A stretch of DNA of 64,000 nucleotides from Podospora anserina. Its lineage: Eukaryota. Below are positions 1 to 11,250 of this stretch, in pieces. The position numbers and the translations under genes are program-made. Each line of letters begins with the position of its first letter. Positions within the stretch are counted from its first letter, which is position 1. The notes beneath the pieces are model-generated. The model searched no databases, was not told the DNA's origin, and worked only from the letters and a program-made list of their open reading frames with translations. Where the stretch lies: positions 4,650,001 through 4,714,000 of the forward strand of contig CM030332.1 in NCBI GenBank assembly GCA_017654855.1. Reading direction: 5' to 3'.

Positions 1-439
1 TGGCGCCCCACCATGACTTTCCCTCAACCCTGCCAATCCAGGGTTATGTATGTCTCTGTCGCGGGAGGGGCATCCAACTTTGATCCAGCTGTCTGCGCAT
101 CGCAAGGGCGAACGCGCCGACCCACTTCCCGGTGCACAAGCCAGCAGAACTAGCCACAGAGCCACACAACCCAAGCCACATTTTCCGCCAAGCATCGAGC
201 TTCCCACGCAAAAATCCCAGCATCTCGGGTGGTTATTTGAAGGCTAGGTATACAGAGATCCCCCGACGAGCTCCCCGACACCTCGCAGCCCATTGGCTGC
301 TTCCAGTCTTTCCAAGGCCCATACGGAGTCTTTTCAATGTCCCGGCTTTGACTCCGGATCTCAACCTGCTTTCGCCTTGCGAACACCCCCCCGAGCTCCC
401 CCGCGGAGCCCTATCCAGGACACATCTATACCATACCTA

Positions 440-1640
440 ATGTTGCGATCGCAATTTCGGCCTTTGGCCGCCGGTGTGTCCGCCTTCTGCCAGAGCAGCC
501 TCCGACTGGCTGCCCTGAGGGGATATGCGACCCAAGTAAGGAGCAACCACGACAGCGATGCCTCGACAGCCCTCTCCGGTGCTGGCTCGCAAGCCGATTA
601 CGAGCCTGTAAAGATGCGAACATACAAGCCAAGGACACCCAGTCTTCGTCATCTCAAACGTCCGATCAACGATCATCTCTGGAAGGGGAGGCCGTATTTG
701 CCTCTGACCTTCCCCAAGAAGGGGCACGGCAAAGGCGGTAGAAATAACCAGGGTGTTATCACAGTTAGACATCGTGGAGGTGGTCACAAGCGGAGGATTC
801 GTACTGTCGATTTTGAGAGATGGGCACCTGGGCCACACCTTGTTGAGCGCATTGAATACGACCCCGGCCGGAGTGCGCACATTGCCCTGCTGACACGCAA
901 GGCAAACGGCAAGAAGACCTACATTGTGGCGGCGGAAGGCATGAGGGCTGGAGACGTCGTTCAAAGCTACCGGCAGGGTATCCCCAAGGACCTCCTCGAC
1001 AGCATGGGTGGTGTTATCGATCCAGGTGTGTTGGCTTCCAAAACGGCGTGGAGGGGCAATTGCTTGCCAATGCACATGATTCCTGTTGGAACCAATGTCT
1101 TCAATGTTGGCTCCCAGGCGAAGGGTGGTGCTGTGTTCTGCCGCAGCGCCGGCACCTATGCCACAGTCATCTCGAAGGAGGAAGAGACTCGCGAAGACGG
1201 CAGCAAGGTCGTGACGGGTAGATTCGTCGTTGTCCGGTTACAAAGTGGTGAAATTCGCAGGGTCAGCAAGGATGCTTGCGCCACGATTGGTGTTGCTAGC
1301 AACGTGATGCATCACTACAGACAGCTGGGCAAGGCCGGAAGAAAACGTTGGCTGAATATCAGGCCGACAGTTCGTGGTTTGGCCATGAACGCATGTAAGC
1401 AGCACCTCTCCCCCCCAAGGCAATCTTGTCCCGTCAGCGTGATCACTAACATTCAGGCCAGTCGAACATCCCCACGGTGGCGGTCGTGGTAAGTCGAAGG
1501 GTAACAGAATTCCCACAAGTCCCTGGGGTACACCATCCAAGGGTGGTTTCAAGACCCGCCGGAAGAGCAACATCAACAAATGGGTGGTCACTCCCCGTGT
1601 CCGGAACATGGGCAAGCGGAGAGACAAGAAGACTGCCTAA
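440..1640 (+). CDS. RML2: Mitochondrial ribosomal protein uL2m; 2 exons, intron 1395-1461
   Basis: L2 motifs [54 protein letters not shown]. Removing intron GTAAGC..CTAAC..CAG restores [21 protein letters not shown] and a TAA at 1640. Arg/Ser-rich N-terminus ([12 protein letters not shown]) resembles a mitochondrial presequence. Confidence 0.95.
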
Positions 1641-1662
1641 TCCCTCGCCGCGAAACGGCTCT

Positions 1663-1671
1663 TGTACATTA
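1663..1671 (+). promoter_or_regulatory. Putative Puf4-type RNA element (UGUACAUUA) in the RML2 3' UTR
   Basis: Exact 9-nt UGUA-H-A-H-UA motif, 22 nt after the stop codon. Confidence 0.5.
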
Positions 1672-2255
1672 TGTAGATCAGCAACATGTATTCTTCATGA
1701 GAAACTGGGAGTGCATGTGCAATGCTGTACCGTCTGTCCAACGTCACCCCCCTCATGAGATCACACCCAAGCAGGCGGCCTGGATGGCCTGGACGATTGG
1801 TTGATCTCAACTACCGGCCTTAGCTCGTACGGCCAGACCAGGCGCCAAACACAGGAAACTTTGGAGACCCATGACAGAGGGGCAGAAAACAAGAGGAGAA
1901 GATTCGACGTCTTGTCTAGAATGTAAAAACGCAATCGCTGTCGAGCCGCGTGAGAGACTTCCGAAAAGGGTCATTGATATCGATAGTGGGGTAGAGTGTT
2001 GCATGCACACACTGCAAAGGAGGGGACAATTTCAGGTGGCTAGCGATAGGACTATGCCTTATGTAGACGGTCTGCCTCGTATGATATAGCCTATAGAGGC
2101 TGAGGATCTGAATGTGGTTAGGAAAATGTCCTGGGGTGGTAGTCCCTCAGGTGCCTGTGCTCGTAAAGATCACATCAGACGACTTAATATAGCTCCGCAC
2201 CCCAACTATAACGGACGATAAGCTAAGTAGTCTAAAATAAAATTTCCCAGAACTT

Positions 2256-2436
2256 GAATAAGTAAATATATTTTATACCTTATAAAAAGCCTTAATTAAT
2301 AAAGTAGTTAACGGATACAGTATTACGGTATATTATAGTAATATGTATATAGCTAAAAGAATTTATTATAGACTGCGATATTAAATTCGTATCGAAGTTT
2401 TAAAAAGCGTTAATAACGAGGCTAAAAGTAATAAGT
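2256..2436 (+). mobile_element. RIP-mutated Ty3/gypsy integrase fragment (second copy, inverted relative to 4565-4743)
   Basis: Aligns to the reverse complement of about 4565-4743. Reverting RIP changes gives EFITDRDTKFVSKFWKALMTRL, the integrase catalytic-core motif. Confidence 0.75.
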
Positions 2437-2783
2437 TATGACGAACCCCTATACAGAACCTCTGAAAGGGATACGGGTTGAAGGTAATTTCTAATAATTA
2501 GTTCGGTGCAGCTAAACAATACACAATAAGATATCTCAATATAAATATAAAATACCGTAAATATAACTATAAATTATATATTACGGAACTATTTATTTAC
2601 ACTAGCTAGTTCCTCCGTATATATAGATTTCTTTTCTTAGCCGTAATTTCTTTAATTAATATCCTAAATATACTAATTACTTACATTTAGTTTAATTAAT
2701 ATCCTAATTATATTAATTATCCCGGCCTAACTTATTTAGTCTAATTAGTATTTTAATTATATTAATTACTATCCCTTACTATA
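2437..2783 (-). mobile_element. RIP-mutated LTR (3' LTR of the minus-strand gypsy relic); right boundary approximate
   Basis: 2437-2627 is the RIP-mutated reverse complement of the 3' half of the LTR at 5476-5846 (TATGACGAACCCC..CTAGTTCCTCCGTATATATAGA). Beyond the TATA box it switches to an unrelated, repeat-rich 5' half. Confidence 0.75.
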
Positions 2784-2789
2784 ATTAGT

Positions 2790-5475
2790 TTTCCTAAATA
2801 TTTTCCCGATTAGCCCCTACTTCTATAGTTCTATAATTAATTATTATTTTCGTTTATATATTAGGGTTATAATATAATATTTCTTTTTTTAAACTAATGT
2901 CCCGGTAACCTTATTTCTTTTATTTTTTTTAATAATAATTTCCTTCTTTAATAAGTTTTTCCTTCCTATTATTATTTTTTTATAATATTTAACCGCGTTA
3001 AAAAGCTTACGCTAAAAAGCCCTTCTAGTACCCTTCGCTACTAAAATTTTATTACCGTTATTTTTATTTTTAGTAATAAAATACTTCTCTACTCGTCCTA
3101 CGAAGCCCTTAATATTTTTAATTATCGCCCTTTCGAACGCTTTTTTAAATATAATTATTATATTAGTTTTAATCGTTCCGACTATAACGTTTTAGATTTT
3201 ACTCCCGCCTTAATAACCTCCTTTCGTCGTTAAAAAAAGAAACTAAATACCGATAAGTAAAAAGCCTGCATAACTATACTATAAATTACTTTGAAGCTTT
3301 CGCGAGTAAAGACTTAATATTGTATCCTAGTTATTAAATTCCGTTATATCGTAGCCCGTAAGGAGCGGTTAATTAAGGATTTAAAAAAAAATATAAACTA
3401 CCTTTATTATTAATCCTCCTTTAATCTCTTTTCTTAATTAAGCTTCTATAATATTAAATTAACCCGGCTTAGATCTTCCAAATAACTTATCCTTTAACTT
3501 TCCGCTTAATTTTAACCTTTTTTTAAAGTTAGCCGCTAGTCCTTCCCGGAGTTCCCCCCTTCTGGCCGCTCCGGAATTTTCCGGCGGTAGTCCTCCTATT
3601 TCTTAAGGAAATTAACGTTTATAATATTATTTACGCCCGGATTCTTTTATATTTACTAACCTCGTAATATAGTATATAATACGTTAATTATTATATCGAA
3701 AATATAAGTTCGATTCCTATCGAGGTTTTTTTATATTTATATTATAATATCTTTCTGTAATTCGGGTATAATTTTTTTTATTTACTTAGGTTTTAATCGG
3801 TTTAACTATTACCGGTAAAATTCTTTTTATTTATTTAAATAATTAAAGTTTATTTTTAATTCCTATAAATTATTTATAGCCGGATATTTTAATTAATTAA
3901 TTAAATACTTTAATTAATTTTTATTAAATTATAAATCTAATATTTTTTTTATATTATACCTTTTTTTTTATCCTTCGCTATTACCTATATATTAACTTTA
4001 CTTACCAGTAATATAGATTCCAGAAATAAAATATAAAAGGTATATAACTTTAAATATATCGTATTAAGTAACTTTAATTTAAATACTATTTCCGAAATCT
4101 TTTTTTTAATTTTAAATAAGTTTACTCTTTTATAGTTTAGCTTTTTATTAGGTCTTTTAATACGTAAATTACGTATAGAAAAGAATATTATATTTCTCTC
4201 TTTAAAGTAAGGTCCCTTAAGCCTTTTAATATTATAGTATTTCTATATCCTTTCTTTTATAAACTCCAGTTTTTACTTAAGTTTATTATAAAATATATAT
4301 AACTTATTTACCTTTACCCTAATATTAGGTACTTTAACGTTAAGTCCCTACCGTAAATTTACTTTATATTTAAAGTTTACGAAAAGTAGTATAGCTTTAA
4401 TTATTTCTATTAATAAAATATTATATATTAATTATATTATAAATAATAGTTTAATTTAATTATTTTATTCGAAATTAATATAATTTTATAAATACTATTC
4501 TATAATCTAATTAAGCCGTTCCGTTTAGCCGTCTATCTAAAGGTAATAAACCGAAAATACTTTATTTATTACCCCGAGCTTCGTTATTAACGCTCTCTAA
4601 AACTTTAATACGAATTTAATATCGCGGTTTATAATAAATTCCTTCGGCTATATATATATTACTATAATATACTATAGTACTATATTTGCTAATTACTTTA
4701 CTATTTAAATTTTTTTATAAAATAAAAAATATATTTATTTAATAAGCCTATCGATTATTATTAATATATTATTTATTTTAACGTTAATTATTATATTTTT
4801 TAACTTTAGTAATTTAATAATAAACTCTATCGTAATTAAACTCTATAATCGTTTTACTATTAATAATAGTTCTAGAAATCTATAAGGCTTATACCTTATA
4901 ACCTTTGTTTTCTCGTACGTATAATATAATTAAATAACTTCTTTAATATTATTCTTAATCCTTAATTAATTAAAGTATTATTTAATCCTTTCTATAATCT
5001 TTATAATACTTACATATCCTCTGAACTTCGATCTGTAAATCTCTATTATTAGTACTATCTTATTACCTAGCTTTACGTACGTTTGATTCTTATACTATAG
5101 TCTTCCCTAATTATTTTTTTAAATATTCTATAGCTTTAACTCCTCCTATTAATATTATTCTATAATATCGTTACCCAACTTCCTTTAATATTTATTAAAA
5201 ATAGTTTATTTATAATATACTATATAATATTTTATTTACGGCTAAAGTAAATACTTAAAAGTACCTTCTAGCGTTTCTTTAAGTAATAATAGTAACTCTC
5301 TAAATATATCCTTATAATAATCGGCTCGCCGGCTAAATATATTTGCCCTAACGTTCTCCAAACCCTTTTTATAATTAATTTAGAAATTAAATTCCGAAAA
5401 AAACTCTAACTATCGTGTTTACCGTACGTTAAGAACCTTTATAGTAGTAAAGTATCGTAGGTTTTTATAATCTAT
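2790..5475 (-). mobile_element. Truncated, RIP-degraded Ty3/gypsy internal region (RNase H end, integrase, 3' region)
   Basis: De-RIPed minus-strand translation gives TDHKNLRYF..LN.RQ.RW.EF.SEF.F.I.YKKG.EN..ADALSRR (RNase H, about 5475-5320), PKEFITDRD.KFV.KFW (about 4650-4595) and YHPQTDGQTERLNQ (about 4550-4505). Many TAA/TAG codons arise from CAA/CAG/TGG by RIP. Confidence 0.85.
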
Positions 5476-5846
5476 TGTCACGGACCTGACATAAGTGGGG
5501 AGCGCGGGGCGCGACCCGTCCAACTACTAGGAACGGAAAAGTGGGGAAGTCAGATTATCACTAGCGCTAAGGGTGATAATCACGATTATCATCAGCCTTC
5601 GGTGAACGACGAGTGATAATCGACATTATTACTGGTGATAATGGTGATAAACAGGTCTATATATACGGAGGAACTAGCTGGTGTAGATAGACAGTTCCGC
5701 AGTATGCAATTCACAATTGTATTCACGGTATCTTGTGTTTACATTGAGACATCTTGTTGTGCACTGTTTAGCTGCACCGAACCAATTGTTAGAAGTTACC
5801 TTCAACCCGTATCCCTTTCAGAGGTTCTGTGCAGGGGTTCGTCACA
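5476..5846 (+). mobile_element. Near-intact 371-bp LTR (TG...CA), Ty3/gypsy; resembles the Podospora crapaud LTR family
   Basis: Starts TGTCACGGA and ends TTCGTCACA; TATATATA at 5658-5665. Two other copies occur in the window. Retains CpA/TpG dinucleotides, unlike its flanks. The family name is from recall, not a search. Confidence 0.85.
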
Positions 5847-5999
5847 GTATGACTTATCTTTAAGCTTTTAAATACGAGCGAGAAGCTGGTCGATAGTAAG
5901 TTAAGTAGATGCCCCTGCCTAAGTATTAACGTTTCCGGCTATAGCGTTAATTTACTACCTTTAACTTATCCATAATAGAGTTAAAATAAATATATAACG

Positions 6000-6340
6000 T
6001 ATAACGAACCTTTATCCAGAACCTCTAAAAGGGATACTAGTCGAAGGTACTTTTAAATAATCCTAGTTCGGTGCAGCTAAATAATATATAATAAAATATC
6101 TTAATCTAAATATAAAATACCGTAAATATAAGCTATAATTATATACTACAGAACTATCTATTTACACTAGCTAGTTCCTCCGTATATATAGACTTGTTTA
6201 TTACCCTTATCACAAGTGATAATGTCGATTATCACTCGTCGTTCACCGAAGGCTAGTAATAATCCAACTTCCCTACTTTTCCGTTCCAGTGATTAGCCGA
6301 GTCGCGCCCCGCGCTCCTCACTTATGTTAAGTCCGTGACA
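6000..6340 (-). mobile_element. Partly RIP-mutated solo LTR, same subfamily as 5476-5846, inverted
   Basis: Full-length reverse-complement homology to 5476-5846 (ends GTCCGTGACA), with a deletion of about 30 bp between two GATTATCA repeats. Confidence 0.85.
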
Positions 6341-7562
6341 CAGTAGCACTTATTTCAGTATATAGTTTTATATATTTACGGTTATTATGATGTCTTTATT
6401 ATTAATCTGAAGGGTTATTAATTTATAAAGCTAAACTAAAATTTTAAAGTTAATTATAAAATATAAATTAATATTATTAATATCTTGTAATATATATTTC
6501 ATAAATTAAAAGGAGAAGTAGGAAATTAAAGTAAAGGTAAAGTGGGGTTTTTAGGCTATAAACGAAATTTTTAGGTACGATGCAGAATGAAAATTCTAGC
6601 AATTTAATTTTGGACTACTTACCTTATCGTCCGTTGTACCCAACGCCCAATTGGGACGACTTGGAAGCGTGTTCAGCCCCAGCTGGAAAACCGGGGAAAC
6701 CATTGCGCAAACCTCCATCAAAATCAAGGGTCCAAAAGAGGGCTAGATGAGGATGCATATATTTGAGACTGGTCCTCCGTGAATATAGCTGCCACATGTC
6801 GTCGATGGCCTGGAACCTGCCACGCTCTCTGGCTCTTGTCTTCCTTGGTGTTTCATTCCTGGTGCTCTGAGACGGTGATTTGCGCTACCCTTGTCGCGTC
6901 GATCAGGTCTTGGCCAACCGCGCCAACCACTCGGATGCCGGCGCTCTCGATCCCTCATTGTGGCTGAGCCCCTTTCCACTCGAGAAACACAGCGGCAAAC
7001 CGTCAACACAGCCGCTTGGCCTCGCACTCCCTTTTGCAAATCTGCGCTGCTTCTGTGTGAAGGAGGCCGGACCAACTCATCATCAGGGTTCAGACTCCAG
7101 ATCGGTTAATAATAATTCCTATTGCAACAGAAGAAGGAGATTCCCGTTTGGCATCTTCAAGAGTCTGGCTTGGGAAGCGCATCGTTGGATGCTGCGGCTC
7201 GTTTGGTATCTCATCCAACATCTTATTGTTTTCTTCGCTGGACACTGGTGGTCAATCAATCTTTTCCCTTGTCGTCGCATCTGCAGTCCGACAATCTCGT
7301 CACTGGTTTTACCTCCGTTTCCGTACCTACCTACGATCTACCTTGCCTGCAAATACCACGGAGTATCCCTCTCACACCAACGGGTCTAGTCTGCGGCACC
7401 GGGTAGTGTGGCTGCTGTCCGCCCCCCCGGGCTCCTCTCATTGTTCCTGTCGCCGCAACTCACCACCACCATCACACCGCACTTCGACTTCCCGCGCCCG
7501 CCCCGGCTTCTTCTTGTCCCTCTTTCATTCCTCTTTTCTGGGGATTAGCCAGGGGCTTCCCG

Positions 7563-9161
7563 ATGCCCGACGATTCCATACGCCCTCTGATAACTGCCCG
7601 CTCCATCTCACCTGCTCCGACATTTCCAACTCGCGATACATTCGATACTATGGATCTCGCCGGCGGTAACGTGGTGAGGAAGGGCAAGCTTTCTTGGGTT
7701 GTTGCGCTGTCCTACGCTATCGACTGGATCATTCTCATCGCCGTTGGCGTCGTTGGATACATTTTAGGTCATATTACACCAAACAAGCGGCCGTTCGCGC
7801 TCGACGACCGCAATATTTCGTATGTTTTTAGGTCCCCTCCTCCCGCAATTGATGTCAGAGCCGCTGAAGCTGACGTTTCACCATTTTTTCACTCTAGATT
7901 TCCCTATGCCGAACAAGAAACAGTGCCAGTATGGCTCGCGGTTGTCATCAGCGTCATGTGCCCGATTGTCATCATCGCCGTCATCTGCCTCGTTTTCGTG
8001 CCCGGTTCCACCGTCCCCCGAGGAACACCCAAGTCGTTAATATGGCAGCGCAAGCTCTGGGAGCTGCACCAAGGCTGGTTGGGTTTGGCTCTATCTGTTA
8101 TGGCAGCTTGGATCATCACCAATGGCATGAAGAACTTGTTCGGAAAGCCGCGTCCGGATCTTCTTGACCGGTGCCAGCCAGACATGGAGAACCTCAAGGA
8201 TTATATCATTGGCGGGCTGCTCAGATTGAATAGCTCATTGACTCCAGGCCACATCCTCGGTCCTGGCACCCTCGTGAGCCCCAACATTTGCACGAATCCA
8301 GACAAGGCTGTGTTGGACGATGGCTTTAGGAGCTACCCTAGCGGCCATTCTAGTTCAGCCTCAGCTGGTATGTAAACTCTTTCACAATGTCAAGGCAGTA
8401 TCCAAACTAACAATCCTCCAGGTCTCGTTTACCTCTCCCTTTTCATTGCGAGCAAGTTCGCGATAACAATCCCGTTCTTCTCCACTTCAGGCTCGTCGGC
8501 CGATCACGAAACCACCGCCGCCGCCTTCCCCTCCAGAACCCGCATTCCCAGCGTCAAGGTCAGCGGTCCGGATTCGTATGAGCTTTCCAACCGCAGCCCC
8601 TCAGCCCTCACCAACTCCATCGAAGACCCGGCCCTCTTATCCAAAGGCGTGACGGCAACGAACCGAAAGATAGCAGCAGTCCGCCGTCAGGCCGCGGCGC
8701 CACCTCTGTATCTCCTCCTGGTAGCCATCATCCCCTTCTTCGCATCAGTCTACATTGCCGGCTCCCGCTGGTGGGATTTCAGGCACCACGCCTTCGACAT
8801 CCTCTTTGGCTACCTCATCGGCCTCGTCGGCGCCATCTTCGCCTTTAGGTATTACCACCTCCCCATCTCGCGCGGTGCGGGCTGGGCATGGGGACCCCGC
8901 AGCCACGACAAGGCCTTTTGGGCTGGTGTGGGAAGCTACAGCTATGCCACGAGCCGCACGCGCGGCACGTACCGCTCGGGCGACGAGGAGGAGGCCCTGG
9001 GCGCGCCTATCGAGCCGTACGGACGGGGAAGCGGCATGAGCAGTGTCGCTCCTGTGGCGCCGAGAAAGGGCGGGTCGCAAGGGATGGACGCGAGGGACGA
9101 GGATACGTCATATACCGGGGCTTCGGGGAACGATCACAGCCCTGAGCCACATGCGAGATGA
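7563..9161 (+). CDS. PAP2-family lipid phosphate phosphatase (DPP1/LPP1-like); introns 7820-7897 and 8368-8421; start may instead be the ATG at 7650
   Basis: PAP2 motifs KNLFGKPRPD, SYPSGHSS and SRWWDFRHH; several transmembrane segments. Confidence 0.9.
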
Positions 9162-10223
9162 ACAACAATAATAACATGATTTGATCGTTGACTCGTTGAC
9201 GCTTTGTTTCATGTCGTCATTTGGCGGAGGTAGGTGGGTTTCTGGATACACACATGTTATTGGAATGACACAAACGACTGGGCTGAACATGGGACTGGAC
9301 TTTTAGGGCGGGCTGGTTTAGGGAGGGGCTGTTTTTTCTCTTTTTTCCTTTCCTTTTCCCCGAAAGGCAGGCCGGTTGATTGATTTGGAAAAGGGGCGAG
9401 GCGAGTGAAGAAGGGGGTGAGGTCGTTTTCTTTCCGACAGGGATTTATTGACTCGATCAGCGTTTGGTCGCTTGGTACAACCTCTATTCTTTTGTCGACT
9501 TTTTTTCATTTGGTAGTTTTGAACAATTCTTTGTAACGGGCGTTGGGGGCAAGCCATTTTCTTTAGGTGTGTATCAAAAAGACAGGTATCACAGGCCTTT
9601 TTTTTTATCTTTTTGGGTCCGTTGGCTGGGCAGAATCACATCTGTTTTTACAATCGATTAATCTGTGTGGACCACATGCTATGTGTGATATCACTTGAAA
9701 GAAGCTGAGCATATGGACAAGGCGCTGAACCATGAAGAAGGGTCGGTATGAGTCTCATTACATACAGACAGCCTGGTAAGAAGTACTCATCCAGGTCAAT
9801 GTACAGCTACTTCATCAGTCCTAACACCGATCCCCACACCCATCCAATTAACCCCCTCCTCCCCCTCCCTCCGCAAGCCAAGCCCCCTTTCTCACAGTGA
9901 ACGCCAGAGTGTAGATGCTGCCAACCAAAGCCCAGTAAAAGTTCCATGTGTTGTGCGTGTGGTATTGTGTTGTTAGAATGCTGTGACAAGTGACCGCTCC
10001 TTCAACAGTGCGTTGCAGCGGAAAAACCCCATCAAGACCAAAATGGAAAAAAGACGCTGAATAAAAAGCCCCAAGAAAAAAGCCCAGAACCACTACCAGA
10101 AAAAAATGCATGATCCGTTCAAATGTAAACCAAACACCACCACTTCCTAACCCACAGAACCCATCTACACATCGTGCCCCCACCTGGGATCGCCACCCTC
10201 ACATACGTTCATCCAGTCTCGAT

Positions 10224-11250
10224 TCACTGCAGTGTAGCGACCTCTCCAGCACCCCGGTATTGCACCACCGCCGCAGGGTTGTGATCCATAGCATCCTCCA
10301 TCATCTCCTCCTCTTCGTCCTCCTCCTCTTCGTCCTCATCGTCGTCCTCCCCGTCCACCTTGGCAAAGCCGCTGTCAACCTCCATCTTCCGCAACCTCCT
10401 CCTCATCTCCCCCCTCTCCTTGTTCTGCCACCTCACCAGGGCAGCCGCGGCGTGCACCTTGAATCCGTAGACGCGGGGAACGTACCGCTCTGTGGTCTTG
10501 GGGGGCACCAGAGCGGGATAGACCTGGAAGAGGATGTTGTGGAATGAGGTCCCAAAATAGGCCCCGTCAATGGCCGAGTGGCGGGTTGATTTGGGGTTGT
10601 AGATGTCCTCGCAACGGGCGCAGTAGAGCTTGACAGCCTTTTGGTTGGCCACGTCCGAGAGGCCCATCGGGAGGAGGGGGTGGGAATGGCACATCACGCG
10701 GGGGCATTTTCCAAAGTCGCATTTCTTGTACTTCTCCAGCTGTTTTGGTGGGTGATTCATATCAAATTAGCTCTCCAAAATATGACAAGGAACAAAGGCT
10801 TGAAGGGATGCGAAATCAAACAAAACATACCATCTTTGCCAGGCCGCGCGTAGTGACGATATACCGAGCGTGAATAAGTCCATACAAATGCCTCGCCGAC
10901 TTTTCTATGGTCTCGCGCATCTCATCGTCGCAGTCGAGGTCGAACACGTCCGTGATCAGGTCGAGCGCGTATTGGTAGTACTGAACCTCGGTGTTCAGTC
11001 CCGTCAGGTTGAAGCGGTCTGTCAGGTAGTCTTCATCGATTTCGCAATAGTATTCGTTGCCGCGCGACGAGATGAACTGTTGCGATGTGCGTCTGTTAGC
11101 TGGCATGGTGTTTTTTTTTTCGTTGCTAACGAAGTGTATAAGGGGGAGGAAAAGGGGGGGGGAGGGGGGAAATATATGGCATACCCAATCCCTCCAGTAA
11201 CTGGTGTAGTCACTGTCTGAGTCGCTTACAAAATCATCCATGCCGGCCAT
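10224..11250 (-). CDS. CKB2: Casein kinase II regulatory beta subunit (beta-2 type); introns 11184-11077 and 10830-10740
   Basis: [43 protein letters not shown], zinc ribbon FGKCPRVMC..YCARCEDIY, IDGAYFGT, YVPRVYGFK. Confidence 0.95.

Larger units (their letters stand above)
2209..6636. mobile_element. RIP-degraded DNA transposon remnant (Tc1/mariner superfamily-like) defined by terminal inverted repeats, with nested LTR-retrotransposon fragments
   Basis: 2209-2244 TAACGGACGATAAGCTAAGTAGTCTAAAATAAAATT matches the reverse complement of 6601-6636 (CAACGGACGATAAGGTAAGTAGTCCAAAATTAAATT) at 32/36; two mismatches are CpA>TpA. TA dinucleotide on both flanks (2207-2208, 6637-6638). The AT-rich, TpA-rich tract coincides with these ends. 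Confidence 0.8.

Noticed and set aside
293-439. N-terminal extension of the L2 ORF from a TTG start
   Set aside because: The ATG at 440 gives a proper mitochondrial presequence; the upstream part is probably 5' UTR.
2209-6636. Centromere, Starship or meiotic-drive block interpretation of the AT-rich island
   Set aside because: Only 4.4 kb, fully explained by RIPed TE pieces, with no tyrosine-recombinase captain or cargo genes.
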